The notes beneath the pieces are model-generated. The model saw only the letters and a program-made list of their open reading frames with translations, was not told the origin of the DNA and searched no databases. The position numbers and the translations under genes are program-made. This document shows positions 36,900-46,155 of a DNA stretch of 64,000 nucleotides, piece by piece (position 1 is the stretch's first letter; each line of letters starts with the position of its first letter). This stretch comes from Chloroflexota bacterium (GTDB taxonomy: Bacteria; Chloroflexota; Anaerolineae; Aggregatilineales; J027): positions 10,810 to 74,809 of the forward strand of contig JACRBG010000001.1 in NCBI GenBank assembly GCA_016234595.1, in the 5' to 3' direction.

Positions 36900-38195
36900 A
36901 TGGACAAGTTGCGCGAGAAACCCATCCCCTATGGAATTTGGGGTAAAGAAGATATTGAACCGAGTGCGCGGGAGCAAATGGAACGAGCCGCCCAGCTTTC
37001 GGTCTCGGTGATGGGGGCTTTAATGCCCGATGCCCACACGGGTTATGGCCTACCAATCGGGGGCGTATTGGCAACCAAAGAGGCCATCATCCCCTACGCA
37101 GTTGGGGTAGATATTGCGTGCCGGATGCGTATGACCATCTTTAACGTCCAGCCCTATATCCTCGACCAGAAAAAGGAGCGCTTTCGCCGTGCCCTCGAAG
37201 AAAACACCGTTTTTGGGACAGGTGGTTCAGGATTAGCCCCTGTTGAACATCCCGTCATGGATGACCCTGCATGGAATGAACTAATCCTCGCCAAAAAGTT
37301 GAAAGGTGAGGCGGCTCGACAATTAGGTACAAGTGGCTCAGGCAACCATTTTGTCGAATTTGGGGTACTCAAAGTCCAGCAAGAAATCAATGGCACGGAT
37401 GAATTACAAGGTGAGGGGTCGCGCACTTTTGGCAAAATCCCACCGGGTATCTACTTAGCACTGTTGAGTCACAGCGGCAGCCGTCACCTAGGATTTGAAC
37501 TTGCCAATTATTACACCGACATCGCCATGAATATCCACGCCGATTTACCCAAAGAATATCGTCATTTGGCATGGCTAGATATGTATGGGGCAGGCGCGGA
37601 ATATTGGATAGCCATGAATCTCGCGGGTCGCTATGCCAGTGCCAATCACGCCGTCATTCACCAACGGGTAGCCGAAGCCATCGGATTTGAAGTATTGGGA
37701 GGAATTGAAAACCATCACAATTTTGCATGGAAAGAAACCCACCAAAACGAAGAGGTCATTGTCCACCGCAAAGGGGCAACTCCGGCAGGGCGCGGCGTCT
37801 ACGGAGTCATTCCCGGCACAATGATGGCCCCCGGTTTTGTAGTCCGTGGCAAGGGCAATCCAGAATCTCTGAACAGTGCCTCACATGGGGCGGGTCGCCG
37901 GATGTCCCGTCAATCGGCCTATAAACGTTTCGAGTGGCCGGAGGTGCAGCAGCGATTGAAAGATGCAGGCGTTGATTTATTGTCAGGTGGCTTAGATGAA
38001 GCCCCCGGTGCTTACAAAGACATCCGCAAAGTAATGGCGGAGCAAGCCGATCTTGTCGAAATTGTGGCCGAATTCGCCCCGCGTGTTGTCAAAATGGATC
38101 CCGATAAGACATGGCGGCGGCGATCCGAGGCCATTGCCCGTGATAAAAGTGGGAACAAAGATCGGCGCGATAAAAAAGACAAACGGCGTAGCTAA
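36900..38195 (+). CDS. rtcB: RtcB-family RNA ligase
   Basis: 431 aa. 'MPDAHTGYGLPIGGV', 'GSGNHFVEFG' and 'HNFAW' match the RtcB metal/GTP-binding blocks. The C-terminal tail is Lys/Arg/Asp-rich ('DKSGNKDRRDKKDKRRS'). Confidence 0.8.
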   Translation: MDKLREKPIPYGIWGKEDIEPSAREQMERAAQLSVSVMGALMPDAHTGYGLPIGGVLATKEAIIPYAVGVDIACRMRMTIFNVQPYILDQKKERFRRALEENTVFGTGGSGLAPVEHPVMDDPAWNELILAKKLKGEAARQLGTSGSGNHFVEFGVLKVQQEINGTDELQGEGSRTFGKIPPGIYLALLSHSGSRHLGFELANYYTDIAMNIHADLPKEYRHLAWLDMYGAGAEYWIAMNLAGRYASANHAVIHQRVAEAIGFEVLGGIENHHNFAWKETHQNEEVIVHRKGATPAGRGVYGVIPGTMMAPGFVVRGKGNPESLNSASHGAGRRMSRQSAYKRFEWPEVQQRLKDAGVDLLSGGLDEAPGAYKDIRKVMAEQADLVEIVAEFAPRVVKMDPDKTWRRRSEAIARDKSGNKDRRDKKDKRRS

Positions 38196-38779
38196 ATTCT
38201 AGTTGCAATAAGCAACCCCGTTGACCACATCAGCGGGGTAATGACCATATCAGTACGTTCCATCATATACTGCAAAAAAATTGAGACCTTACCTGAATGG
38301 TCATCCGGCCAATTGGGTTGAGGTAGCAGGTCATCCACGATATAGAGCGCCCCCAATTTCAATAAGGTGAGAGCCTCATCCAGATGATAAAATTTACCGG
38401 GCCATGTATCGGCAAAAATAAAATCGAATGTTTGCCCTTCATGACACAATTGGTCAATAAAAGATGCCCCCTCGGCATGAACAAATTGTACCCGTGTATC
38501 CTCCTCTAAGGCGCGGCGGGCCACATTTTGAACCCGAACATCATTGTCCACGCTCACCAAAGTGGCATTTGCGTCCATGCCATCCAGCATCCAGCACGTC
38601 GAAACCCCTGTACCTGTGCCTAGCTCAAGAAATCTTCCGCTTGGCTTGGAACGGGCCAACGTCCGCAGCAAAGAACCCGTCAATGGCTCACTTGCCATAT
38701 TAAAATTCAAGCCCAGTGACATCGCCTCAATACGAGCTAAGTGAGGCGGCGGATTAAGGATGCTGGATGAGGTATTCAT
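38192..38779 (-). CDS. Class-I SAM-dependent O-methyltransferase (family-3-like)
   Basis: 195 aa. Motif I 'LELGTGTGVSTCWML'. Separated by 3 bp from the upstream PDO-rhodanese gene on the same strand. Confidence 0.7.
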   Translation of the reverse strand: MNTSSSILNPPPHLARIEAMSLGLNFNMASEPLTGSLLRTLARSKPSGRFLELGTGTGVSTCWMLDGMDANATLVSVDNDVRVQNVARRALEEDTRVQFVHAEGASFIDQLCHEGQTFDFIFADTWPGKFYHLDEALTLLKLGALYIVDDLLPQPNWPDDHSGKVSIFLQYMMERTDMVITPLMWSTGLLIATRI

Positions 38780-38782
38780 AGA

Positions 38783-40195
38783 TTAAACCTTCTCAGTTTC
38801 AAGTACACCACGTTCAATAGGCAGGCCAGCTTTTTGCCATGCCTCAATTCCACCCGCCAAATTGGTCACGTTTTTAAATCCATATTTCTGTAGGATACTC
38901 GCCGCAATTACTGAGCGTACCCCCGCCTGACAATGAACAATCAGGTGTTGGTCACGTGCCAATGTGTCCAAATTGCGGACGATATAGCCCAATGGGATAT
39001 GGGTCGAGTTGGGCAGATGGACTTCTTGATATTCACTACGCCACCGAACATCAATCACCGTCGAGCCATTCCGATCTTGAGCGAGTTCCTGCGCTGTTAT
39101 TTGAGGAATAGTCTGCGGGCCTATCGCCAAATCAGTTGAGGCGATACCCACAATATTGTCTACGCCAACTGCTCGTAACTCACTAATCAGTCGGGTAGTT
39201 TCCCAATCATCTGCAATCAAGACTACGGGCTTGTTGAAATCTACTAGCCAACCCGCATAGGTATTGAAATTGCTGCTATTGGCTGGAATGTTAATCGTGC
39301 TGGGAAGATGTCCATCAGCAAACATCTCACCCGGTCGGCTGTCAATCACTAGAGCATCCGACTGTAACCACTTTTCCAATTCTGCCCGATTAAGTTGAAC
39401 GGGTTCGGGTAGGTCTCTCAGCAGCGTGGGGCCAACCTTGTTGACATACTTCATCCGTGCAAAATAAAACGGTGGTTCGGGCTGCTCATCCAACAACCAT
39501 TCTACGAAATCCTCTTCACTGCCGATATGAAATGAAGGGTTAAAGCGTTTTTCATAACCCAGCGTGCTTGATGGAATCGCCCCCAAGCCTTTGCCACATG
39601 CGCTGCCCGCCCCATGTCCGGGCCAAATTTGGAGATAATCAGGCATCGTCTTAAGGCGTTGAATATTATGGAATTGCTGGCGCGCACCGGGTACTTTAGT
39701 GCCTTGCACCCCTGCCGCCTCTTCCAATAAATCGGGTCGGCCTAATGACCCTACAAACAGCAAATCCCCTGTAAAAATTCCCATCGGCTCATCAGCCGCA
39801 GCGGTATCCGTAATTTGAAATACCATATGTTCCGGCGTATGACCGGGTGTGTGAATGGCAGTGATTTTGATGTTGCCAAGTTTCCAAGTGTCGCCATCGT
39901 ACAGCAGTACGGTGTTAGCATCAACAAATTGATACTTCCAATCAGCATCTCCCATATCGCTAAGGTAAAGCGTAGCCCCAGTCTGAGAGGCCAATTCACG
40001 GCTTCCACTGACAAAATCGGCATGGATATGGGTTTCAGTCACTTGGGTAATACGAAGACCCTCTTCTTCGGCTGCTTTAAGATAAGGGGTAATGTCGCGG
40101 GCGGGGTCAATGACCAGTGCTTCCCCTGTAGCCTGACATCCCACCATATAGGCGGCTTGGGCAAGGGGTTTGTCATAAAAATATTTCAGTAGCAT
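38783..40195 (-). CDS. MBL-fold persulfide dioxygenase (ETHE1-like) fused to a C-terminal rhodanese domain
   Basis: 470 aa. 'THIHADFVSG' is the metallo-beta-lactamase HxHxDH motif. The C-terminal rhodanese has active-site loop 'CQAGVRS'. Confidence 0.8.
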   Translation of the reverse strand: MLLKYFYDKPLAQAAYMVGCQATGEALVIDPARDITPYLKAAEEEGLRITQVTETHIHADFVSGSRELASQTGATLYLSDMGDADWKYQFVDANTVLLYDGDTWKLGNIKITAIHTPGHTPEHMVFQITDTAAADEPMGIFTGDLLFVGSLGRPDLLEEAAGVQGTKVPGARQQFHNIQRLKTMPDYLQIWPGHGAGSACGKGLGAIPSSTLGYEKRFNPSFHIGSEEDFVEWLLDEQPEPPFYFARMKYVNKVGPTLLRDLPEPVQLNRAELEKWLQSDALVIDSRPGEMFADGHLPSTINIPANSSNFNTYAGWLVDFNKPVVLIADDWETTRLISELRAVGVDNIVGIASTDLAIGPQTIPQITAQELAQDRNGSTVIDVRWRSEYQEVHLPNSTHIPLGYIVRNLDTLARDQHLIVHCQAGVRSVIAASILQKYGFKNVTNLAGGIEAWQKAGLPIERGVLETEKV

Positions 40196-40227
40196 GTGAT
40201 TCCTTCTTCGCTACAACATCTAACAAA

Positions 40228-40506
40228 CTAGGCTTTTTCGTAAGCCTCAACAACCTTCAACGCCGCTTCATATTCTGGGCTGCCTTCTGCCGCAGAATCT
40301 AACACCTTCGTCGCTGCAAGGTATTGCTCCATGGTGATTGCAGTGCGGGGCTGCTTTTTAATCTGGGCGGCGGAAAGATCTATCATCTCTTGAGGCGTCA
40401 TCTCGCCAAGTTCTTTCGTTGTAGTTTCAATATCAGTATTGGTCAGACTGCCTTTTTCCTCAAGCATCTTGATTAATTTATCAAAGGCGGCACTCATCGT
40501 TTCCAT
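40228..40506 (-). CDS. Small acidic hypothetical protein, first gene of the PDO-rhodanese operon
   Basis: 92 aa with no Cys, so it is not TusA/DsrE-like. Coding is supported only by the ORF, codon usage and the 32-bp spacing to the next gene. Confidence 0.45.
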   Translation of the reverse strand: METMSAAFDKLIKMLEEKGSLTNTDIETTTKELGEMTPQEMIDLSAAQIKKQPRTAITMEQYLAATKVLDSAAEGSPEYEAALKVVEAYEKA

Positions 40507-40626
40507 CTCCCTGTGGCGGCAAGCGTTTTTTCCATTATAACGAAAGTCCCCCTACTAGACTCTCCGAAATTTCCAAAATCGCCTATAATTCAACCATTAT
40601 GTATCATGAGGAGAATTTGACCTGTC

Positions 40627-41193
40627 ATGAGTGAGCCATTTCGTTCCCGTCCCCGTGTAACCCGTCCAGCTTCCAAGCCACCTGCAACACAGCCACCTCA
40701 ACCACCTGAAGAGGACATTATCGAGGGCGTGATTGAGGAAGAGCGTGGGGTTGTCCCATTCGACCCAGTGGTATCCCAACAAGAGCAACAACGGGCACAG
40801 TATTATGAATACTTGGCACGGGAAGAAGACCACACCAAAACGGGTTTATTAAGCAAAATCGCTTCACCGGGTCTATTTTTGGTCGCGTTGGCGCTGGTTG
40901 GAGGGGGAGTGTTTTTCACCCTGCTAAATGTCGTCAATCTACCAACCATTATCACGCATTGGTGGCCTATCATTACATTGTTTGTTTCCCTGTTTTGGTC
41001 ACTTTCGGCCCTCAATCGGCGCAATGCTGCGGCCTTTTTGGGTGGGGCAGGGGCTGTTGGTTTAAGCCTCAGCTTATTGTTGCATGCGCAGGAAATCGCG
41101 AATTTTGGCGAAACCTTTGTGGGCATTGTACTCATCTCGATCGGTACAGGGGTGATTATGCGAGGGCTACTGTTGAGACAGGCTACCGCCTAG
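40627..41193 (+). CDS. Hypothetical membrane protein (Pro-rich N-terminus, 4 TM helices)
   Basis: 188-aa ORF. The N-terminus 'PRVTRPASKPPATQPPQPPEE' is disordered and is followed by four hydrophobic helices. Confidence 0.5.
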   Translation: MSEPFRSRPRVTRPASKPPATQPPQPPEEDIIEGVIEEERGVVPFDPVVSQQEQQRAQYYEYLAREEDHTKTGLLSKIASPGLFLVALALVGGGVFFTLLNVVNLPTIITHWWPIITLFVSLFWSLSALNRRNAAAFLGGAGAVGLSLSLLLHAQEIANFGETFVGIVLISIGTGVIMRGLLLRQATA

Positions 41194-41277
41194 CTATATA
41201 TCATCCCAATTTGAAATTTCTTGATATGTAGACGGTTCACAACGGTCTATTTTTGCCTTCCCATTGCTGACCTCGTG

Positions 41278-41286
41278 TGTTATAAT
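41278..41286 (+). promoter_or_regulatory. Candidate extended -10 promoter element (TGtTATAAT) for the ABC exporter operon
   Basis: The match to TGnTATAAT lies 70 nt upstream of the GTG start at 41357. No convincing -35 element is present. Confidence 0.3.
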
Positions 41287-41356
41287 CGCTTAGATGTTCT
41301 AGTAATCTCCATCACAGTCCTCAACTGTCCCTTACACATGCTTGTAGGAGCTTCTT

Positions 41357-43150
41357 GTGCTATCTAAAAGCGAGTTTACCATTCAAAATGCTTATCCTTA
41401 TAATCAAGCCAGCCCCCTTCGTTGGATCTTCTCGCACATTTGGCGTTATAAGGCCCTGTTTCTCTCCACTCCCTTTTTCTATATTTTTAGCCATCTCATG
41501 TATGCTGGCGCCCCACTTCTGATTGGCCGTGCCGCTAGTATTTTGCTTGATGGCGGAACCCGCGAGGCGCTTTTATGGGCTTCGCTTGGTATTTTAGCAA
41601 TGCTGGTTGCCGATGGTATTTCCAACCTGACGGGCGCATTATGTATGGAAAACCTCGCCCAAAAAGTTGAGCGTGATGCCCGTGAGGAACTCTATACTAG
41701 CCTCTTAGGTAAAAGTCAGGTCTTCCATGATCGTCAACGTGTAGGGGACATCATGGCACGCGCTACTGACGACGTACGCCAGTTGAACGTCATGATTAGC
41801 CCCGGTATCTTTTTCATCTATGAGACCTTCTTCGGGTTTCTAATTCCCATCACTTTTTTGGTCGGCATCAAATGGCAACTGCTGCTTGTCCCCGGGATCT
41901 TTGTGATTGCTTATGTCATCTCAGTACGTGAATATGTGGGCCGACTGAATCCTGTCATTTCACGTCAGCACGACGAATTTGGTGCGATGAATGCTGGTTT
42001 GGAGGAAAGCATCTCTGGCATCACGACCGTCAAAGCCAGTACCCAAGAAGCATTTGAACGCACCAAATTTAAAGGCAATGCACGCAAGTTTCGCAATTCC
42101 TATGTTCAACAGGGCCACATAGAGGCGGGCTATTTGCCCATGTTGCTTTATGGGATCGCAGTTGGCATGACCTTTCTCCATGCTCTAATTTTGTACCGAC
42201 AAGGGAGTCTCGAAATTGGTGGCATCATCGCGGTAATGGGGTTGATGAATGTGCTGCGCTGGCCTACCTTTGTCTCACTGTTTTCACTCTCATTGTTACA
42301 AAATGGCCTTGCCAGTGGGCGCCGTATCCTCGAAATCATCAAGGCTAAAACCGACCTTGATGAAAATATGGGCGGGCACACCAGCGAAGTGCAGGGCGAA
42401 ATCGCCTTTGAAGATGTCAGTTTTGCCTTTGGTGAAAATACTGTACTTGAAAACATCTCATTTCGCATCCAACCCGGCCAAACCATAGCGATTGTAGGCC
42501 AAACTGGTGGCGGCAAAACAACCCTCACGCAATTGGTGAATCGCACCTATGATGTCACTCAAGGGCGCATTCTAATTGATGGGGTAGATGTGCGCGAATG
42601 GAATTTGACGGCTCTGCGCTCTCAAATCTCCAAGATTGAGCAAGATGTGTTCCTATTTTCACGGAGCGTCGCCGAAAATATTGCCTTTGGTAATCCCGAA
42701 GCGTCCCAAGAGCAAATTGAACAGGCCGCCCGTGAAGCCCAAGCCCACGACTTTATTATGTCATTTACCGAGGGTTATCAGACCAAAGTTGGCGAACGTG
42801 GGGTTACACTATCAGGTGGACAGCGCCAGCGGATCGCCTTAGCGCGTGCTTTCCTCAGCAACCCACGCATTTTGATTCTGGACGACTCAACCAGTGCCAT
42901 TGACAGCGCCACTGAAGATGAAATTCAAAAAGCCATCCGTCGTGCCCAACAAGGCCGCACCACGCTTTTGATTACCCACCGCCTATCTCAAATCCGTTGG
43001 GCTGACCATATCTTAGTGCTCGATAAAGGGAAACTGGTCGCCAGTGGTTCACACGATGAACTACTGCGTACCTCCATTCACTATCGTCGCATTTTTGCAC
43101 GCTATGACATGGCCTTGCCGCCGCTGGAAAATCTGCCACAGGCTGTCTAA
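41357..43150 (+). CDS. ABC exporter, fused permease-ATPase (MdlA/MsbA-like half transporter), subunit 1
   Basis: 597 aa with a GTG start. Six TM helices, then Walker A 'GQTGGGKTT', signature 'LSGGQRQRIALARA' and Walker B 'ILILDDSTSAID'. Confidence 0.85.
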   Translation: MLSKSEFTIQNAYPYNQASPLRWIFSHIWRYKALFLSTPFFYIFSHLMYAGAPLLIGRAASILLDGGTREALLWASLGILAMLVADGISNLTGALCMENLAQKVERDAREELYTSLLGKSQVFHDRQRVGDIMARATDDVRQLNVMISPGIFFIYETFFGFLIPITFLVGIKWQLLLVPGIFVIAYVISVREYVGRLNPVISRQHDEFGAMNAGLEESISGITTVKASTQEAFERTKFKGNARKFRNSYVQQGHIEAGYLPMLLYGIAVGMTFLHALILYRQGSLEIGGIIAVMGLMNVLRWPTFVSLFSLSLLQNGLASGRRILEIIKAKTDLDENMGGHTSEVQGEIAFEDVSFAFGENTVLENISFRIQPGQTIAIVGQTGGGKTTLTQLVNRTYDVTQGRILIDGVDVREWNLTALRSQISKIEQDVFLFSRSVAENIAFGNPEASQEQIEQAAREAQAHDFIMSFTEGYQTKVGERGVTLSGGQRQRIALARAFLSNPRILILDDSTSAIDSATEDEIQKAIRRAQQGRTTLLITHRLSQIRWADHILVLDKGKLVASGSHDELLRTSIHYRRIFARYDMALPPLENLPQAV

Positions 43151-43167
43151 AAAGGAGACAATCAGAC

Positions 43168-45006
43168 ATGGGCTTTATTTTGGATGGGCTGGACGCTGAA
43201 GAATATGACCGCAGTTATAATGACCGTCAGTTGGTCGCCCGCATTGTCAATTATTTTCGCCCCGAACGCTGGCGTATGGTTGGAGTATCGGTAGTCATTG
43301 TCCTTTCATCAATCTTTGCAACGCTCCTACCAATTTACATTTCAAGGGTTATTGACGATCTAGACCGTGACATTACCGATAGTGATTTAGCAATCGTCGC
43401 AGTCGTGGTCACAGTCCTCGGCATTCTTGCATGGGCATTCAACGCCGTCCGACAGTGGTATTCATCGGAGGCAGTGGGTAATGTCGTCCTAAAATTGCGC
43501 GAGGACGCTTTTGATGCGGTCTTGGCGCGCGATTTGTCGTTTTATGACACCTACCCCTCTGGCAAAATCGTAAGTCGGGTGACCTCCGATTCACAAGCCT
43601 TTGCTGATGTGGTCATGCTGGTGATGAACTTGTTAAGCCAATTGCTCCTCATTGTGCTACTGATTGGCTATTTATTCCTCGTTAGCGTCGAAATGACCCT
43701 GATTACCTTGGCTCTTGCTCCCTTAATTATGGGTACCGCACTGGCTTTCCGTAAAGTCGCCCGTGATACCGTTACCCAGTCGCGCCGCATCTTGGCTGAG
43801 GTCAGCACCCATGTTCAAGAGACCATCAGTGGCATTGGTGTTGCCAAAACGTTTCGCCAAGAACAGGCCGTCTACAATGATTTTCAAGGAGTCAACAAGC
43901 AATCCTATCGCATCAATTTGCGCCGAGGTTATGTCTTTAACGGTATCTTCCCGATTTTGAACATTTTAGCGGGCATTGGCACAGCGGCATTGGTCTATTT
44001 TGGTGGTTTAAATGTACGCGATGGCTCTCTAAGTGCAGGGGATTGGTATCTCTTCATTCAAGGGCTGGCGCTGTTCTGGTTCCCCCTGACCGGGATTGCC
44101 TCGTTTTGGAGTCAGTTCCAATTGGGCCTCGCGGCGGGTGAACGGGTCTTTGCCTTGCTCGATGCCGAATCTAAAGTAGTGCAAACGGGCCATACCAAAC
44201 TCGACACCACAAATGGCGAAATTCGCTTTGAGGGTCTCTATTTTGGTTACAAGGAATCCAAAGAGCGGGTATTGGAAGATTTTTGGCTGACTATCCGTCC
44301 CGGTGAGACATTAGCGCTGGTAGGCCATACTGGGTCAGGCAAGACCAGCATCACCAAATTGATCGCCCGCTTCTATGAATTCCAGCAGGGGAAGATTCTG
44401 ATTGATGGGCACGACATCCGTGACTTGGATTTGGAGACGTTTCGCGCCCATTTGGGTATCGTCACCCAAACGCCATTTTTGTTTGATGGCACGGTCATGG
44501 AAAACATCCGCTATGGTAAATCCGACGCGACGGATATTGAAGTCGAACAAGTGGCACGACAGGTAGGCGGCGGCGATTGGATTGACAGCCTACCAGCGGG
44601 TCTACAAAGTCCAGCGGGTGAACGTGGTGGTAACCTCTCGATGGGTCAGCGACAATTGGTCGTTTTGGCACGGGTGCTGCTGCAAAACCCCTCCATTTTG
44701 ATTTTGGATGAAGCCACCGCCAGCATTGACCCCCTGACCGAAACCTTGATCCAAGAGGGTTTGGAGGAGGTACTGAAAGGCCGCACTTCGATTGTGGTGG
44801 CCCATCGCCTCTCGACCATCAAGAACGCGGATCGTATCATCGTGCTGCGCGAGGGCGAGATTATCGAAGAGGGTAATCATGAGGCGCTGTTGAAAAAAGG
44901 TGGGCATTATGCCGAGTTGTATAACACCTATTTCCGCCACCAGAGCCTTGAATACATGAATATCCACCCCGAAGACTGGTTCAAGTCGGCGCGGGCAACA
45001 GCGTAA
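43168..45006 (+). CDS. ABC exporter, fused permease-ATPase, subunit 2 (heterodimer partner)
   Basis: 612 aa. Six TM helices, then Walker A 'GHTGSGKTS', signature 'LSMGQRQLVVLARV' and Walker B 'ILILDEATASID'. Confidence 0.85.
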   Translation: MGFILDGLDAEEYDRSYNDRQLVARIVNYFRPERWRMVGVSVVIVLSSIFATLLPIYISRVIDDLDRDITDSDLAIVAVVVTVLGILAWAFNAVRQWYSSEAVGNVVLKLREDAFDAVLARDLSFYDTYPSGKIVSRVTSDSQAFADVVMLVMNLLSQLLLIVLLIGYLFLVSVEMTLITLALAPLIMGTALAFRKVARDTVTQSRRILAEVSTHVQETISGIGVAKTFRQEQAVYNDFQGVNKQSYRINLRRGYVFNGIFPILNILAGIGTAALVYFGGLNVRDGSLSAGDWYLFIQGLALFWFPLTGIASFWSQFQLGLAAGERVFALLDAESKVVQTGHTKLDTTNGEIRFEGLYFGYKESKERVLEDFWLTIRPGETLALVGHTGSGKTSITKLIARFYEFQQGKILIDGHDIRDLDLETFRAHLGIVTQTPFLFDGTVMENIRYGKSDATDIEVEQVARQVGGGDWIDSLPAGLQSPAGERGGNLSMGQRQLVVLARVLLQNPSILILDEATASIDPLTETLIQEGLEEVLKGRTSIVVAHRLSTIKNADRIIVLREGEIIEEGNHEALLKKGGHYAELYNTYFRHQSLEYMNIHPEDWFKSARATA

Positions 45007-45016
45007 GATGGATTTT

Positions 45017-45056
45017 GAAGGAAGGTTGATGGTTAAACTATCGCCTTCCTTTTTGA
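45017..45056 (+). terminator. Rho-independent terminator after the ABC exporter operon
   Basis: AAGGAAGG-(18-nt loop)-CCTTCCTT followed by TTTTGATTT, 11 nt after the stop codon. Confidence 0.5.
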
Positions 45057-45077
45057 TTTGGTGAGTGGAGTTTTGTT

Positions 45078-45500
45078 ATGGAAAAGCACGGGTACGGGAT
45101 AGATGTCCGTAAACCAATTGAATTTCTCACCGCAATGACGGAGATTTTTTGCGGTGGTTCGTACATTTCATTCGAAGGTGATTTGAGTCAATCGAGCTTT
45201 CGGTCAGTCGAAGGGTCGTCAACCGAGCCTCGCGGAATGATGCAACGGAATACAATCTCACCTATCTACGATTTCGTAGTATTGCCTCTTGAGCAAGACA
45301 CCCAAAAAGTCATTATACAAACCTTGCCCCGAATTGGATTAAGAAGCCGTGTTGCCCATGTCTTGATAGAACGAGATAATGAATTGAAGATGGCAGCATA
45401 TGATTGGTTTTATCCTTACCTTGTGGCCGTCTCTGGTGATATTGACGCCAATTTACTTGACCGGATGCTTGAAGCCAAAATAATTCGGGCTTATAAATAG
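45078..45500 (+). CDS. Hypothetical protein
   Basis: 140-aa ORF with no recognisable motif. Its stop is 4 nt before the TPR gene start. Confidence 0.4.
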   Translation: MEKHGYGIDVRKPIEFLTAMTEIFCGGSYISFEGDLSQSSFRSVEGSSTEPRGMMQRNTISPIYDFVVLPLEQDTQKVIIQTLPRIGLRSRVAHVLIERDNELKMAAYDWFYPYLVAVSGDIDANLLDRMLEAKIIRAYK

Positions 45501-45503
45501 ATC

Positions 45504-45938
45504 ATGAATACCGAAGAACTTATTCAGCTTGCCTATCGCCGCTATAAACGTGATGACCTAGCTGGTGCAATAGATTTCTATTCTCAGGCTATCAATCTAT
45601 CCCCCGATAATTTTTTCGCTTTTTATCATCGTGGTGAGTGTTTCTATTATCTGCGTGATTTGGACAATGCAATCGCCGATTTTACAACCGCTATTCGCCT
45701 CCAACCTGAATATGCGGAAACGTATGAAAAGCGCGGGATTGCATATTTTGAGCAACATAAATTGGACTTCGGCCAACAAGATTTCGATCAAGTTGATCTT
45801 CACAATCCGGTACGATTCTTAGAATTAGGCCGGTTAAGCCGAAAGTCAAAAGATATTTACAGCGCCTTGTCTTTTTTTAATGCGGGAATACGATTACTTG
45901 AAATATGGTTAAATCTAGACAGGCATTGGAAATTATAG
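45504..45938 (+). CDS. TPR-repeat protein, apparently truncated by an in-frame TAG (see findings)
   Basis: 144 aa. TPR-like pairs 'AIDFYSQAINLSPDN...AFYHRGECFYYLRDLDNAIADFTTAIRLQPEYAETYEKRGIAYF'. The same frame stays open for 68 further codons after the TAG at 45936-45938. Confidence 0.55.
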   Translation: MNTEELIQLAYRRYKRDDLAGAIDFYSQAINLSPDNFFAFYHRGECFYYLRDLDNAIADFTTAIRLQPEYAETYEKRGIAYFEQHKLDFGQQDFDQVDLHNPVRFLELGRLSRKSKDIYSALSFFNAGIRLLEIWLNLDRHWKL

Positions 45939-46155
45939 GTTGGCGAAACCGATAGAGCACATCAGGCACGTTGGTTAGCTCTAGACCTCTTTTGGCATCG
46001 GGCAGAATTACGCGAGGAAGGCGGTGATTTAATTGGAGCTATCCAAGATTACCAACTTTTCTACGACAATGGAGGCTGGATGGACGATGATGGCCCAGAG
46101 TCTATCCTTGAACGAGTAAAAAAACTGAAGGCGCGTATTTCTTAATTCCATAATT

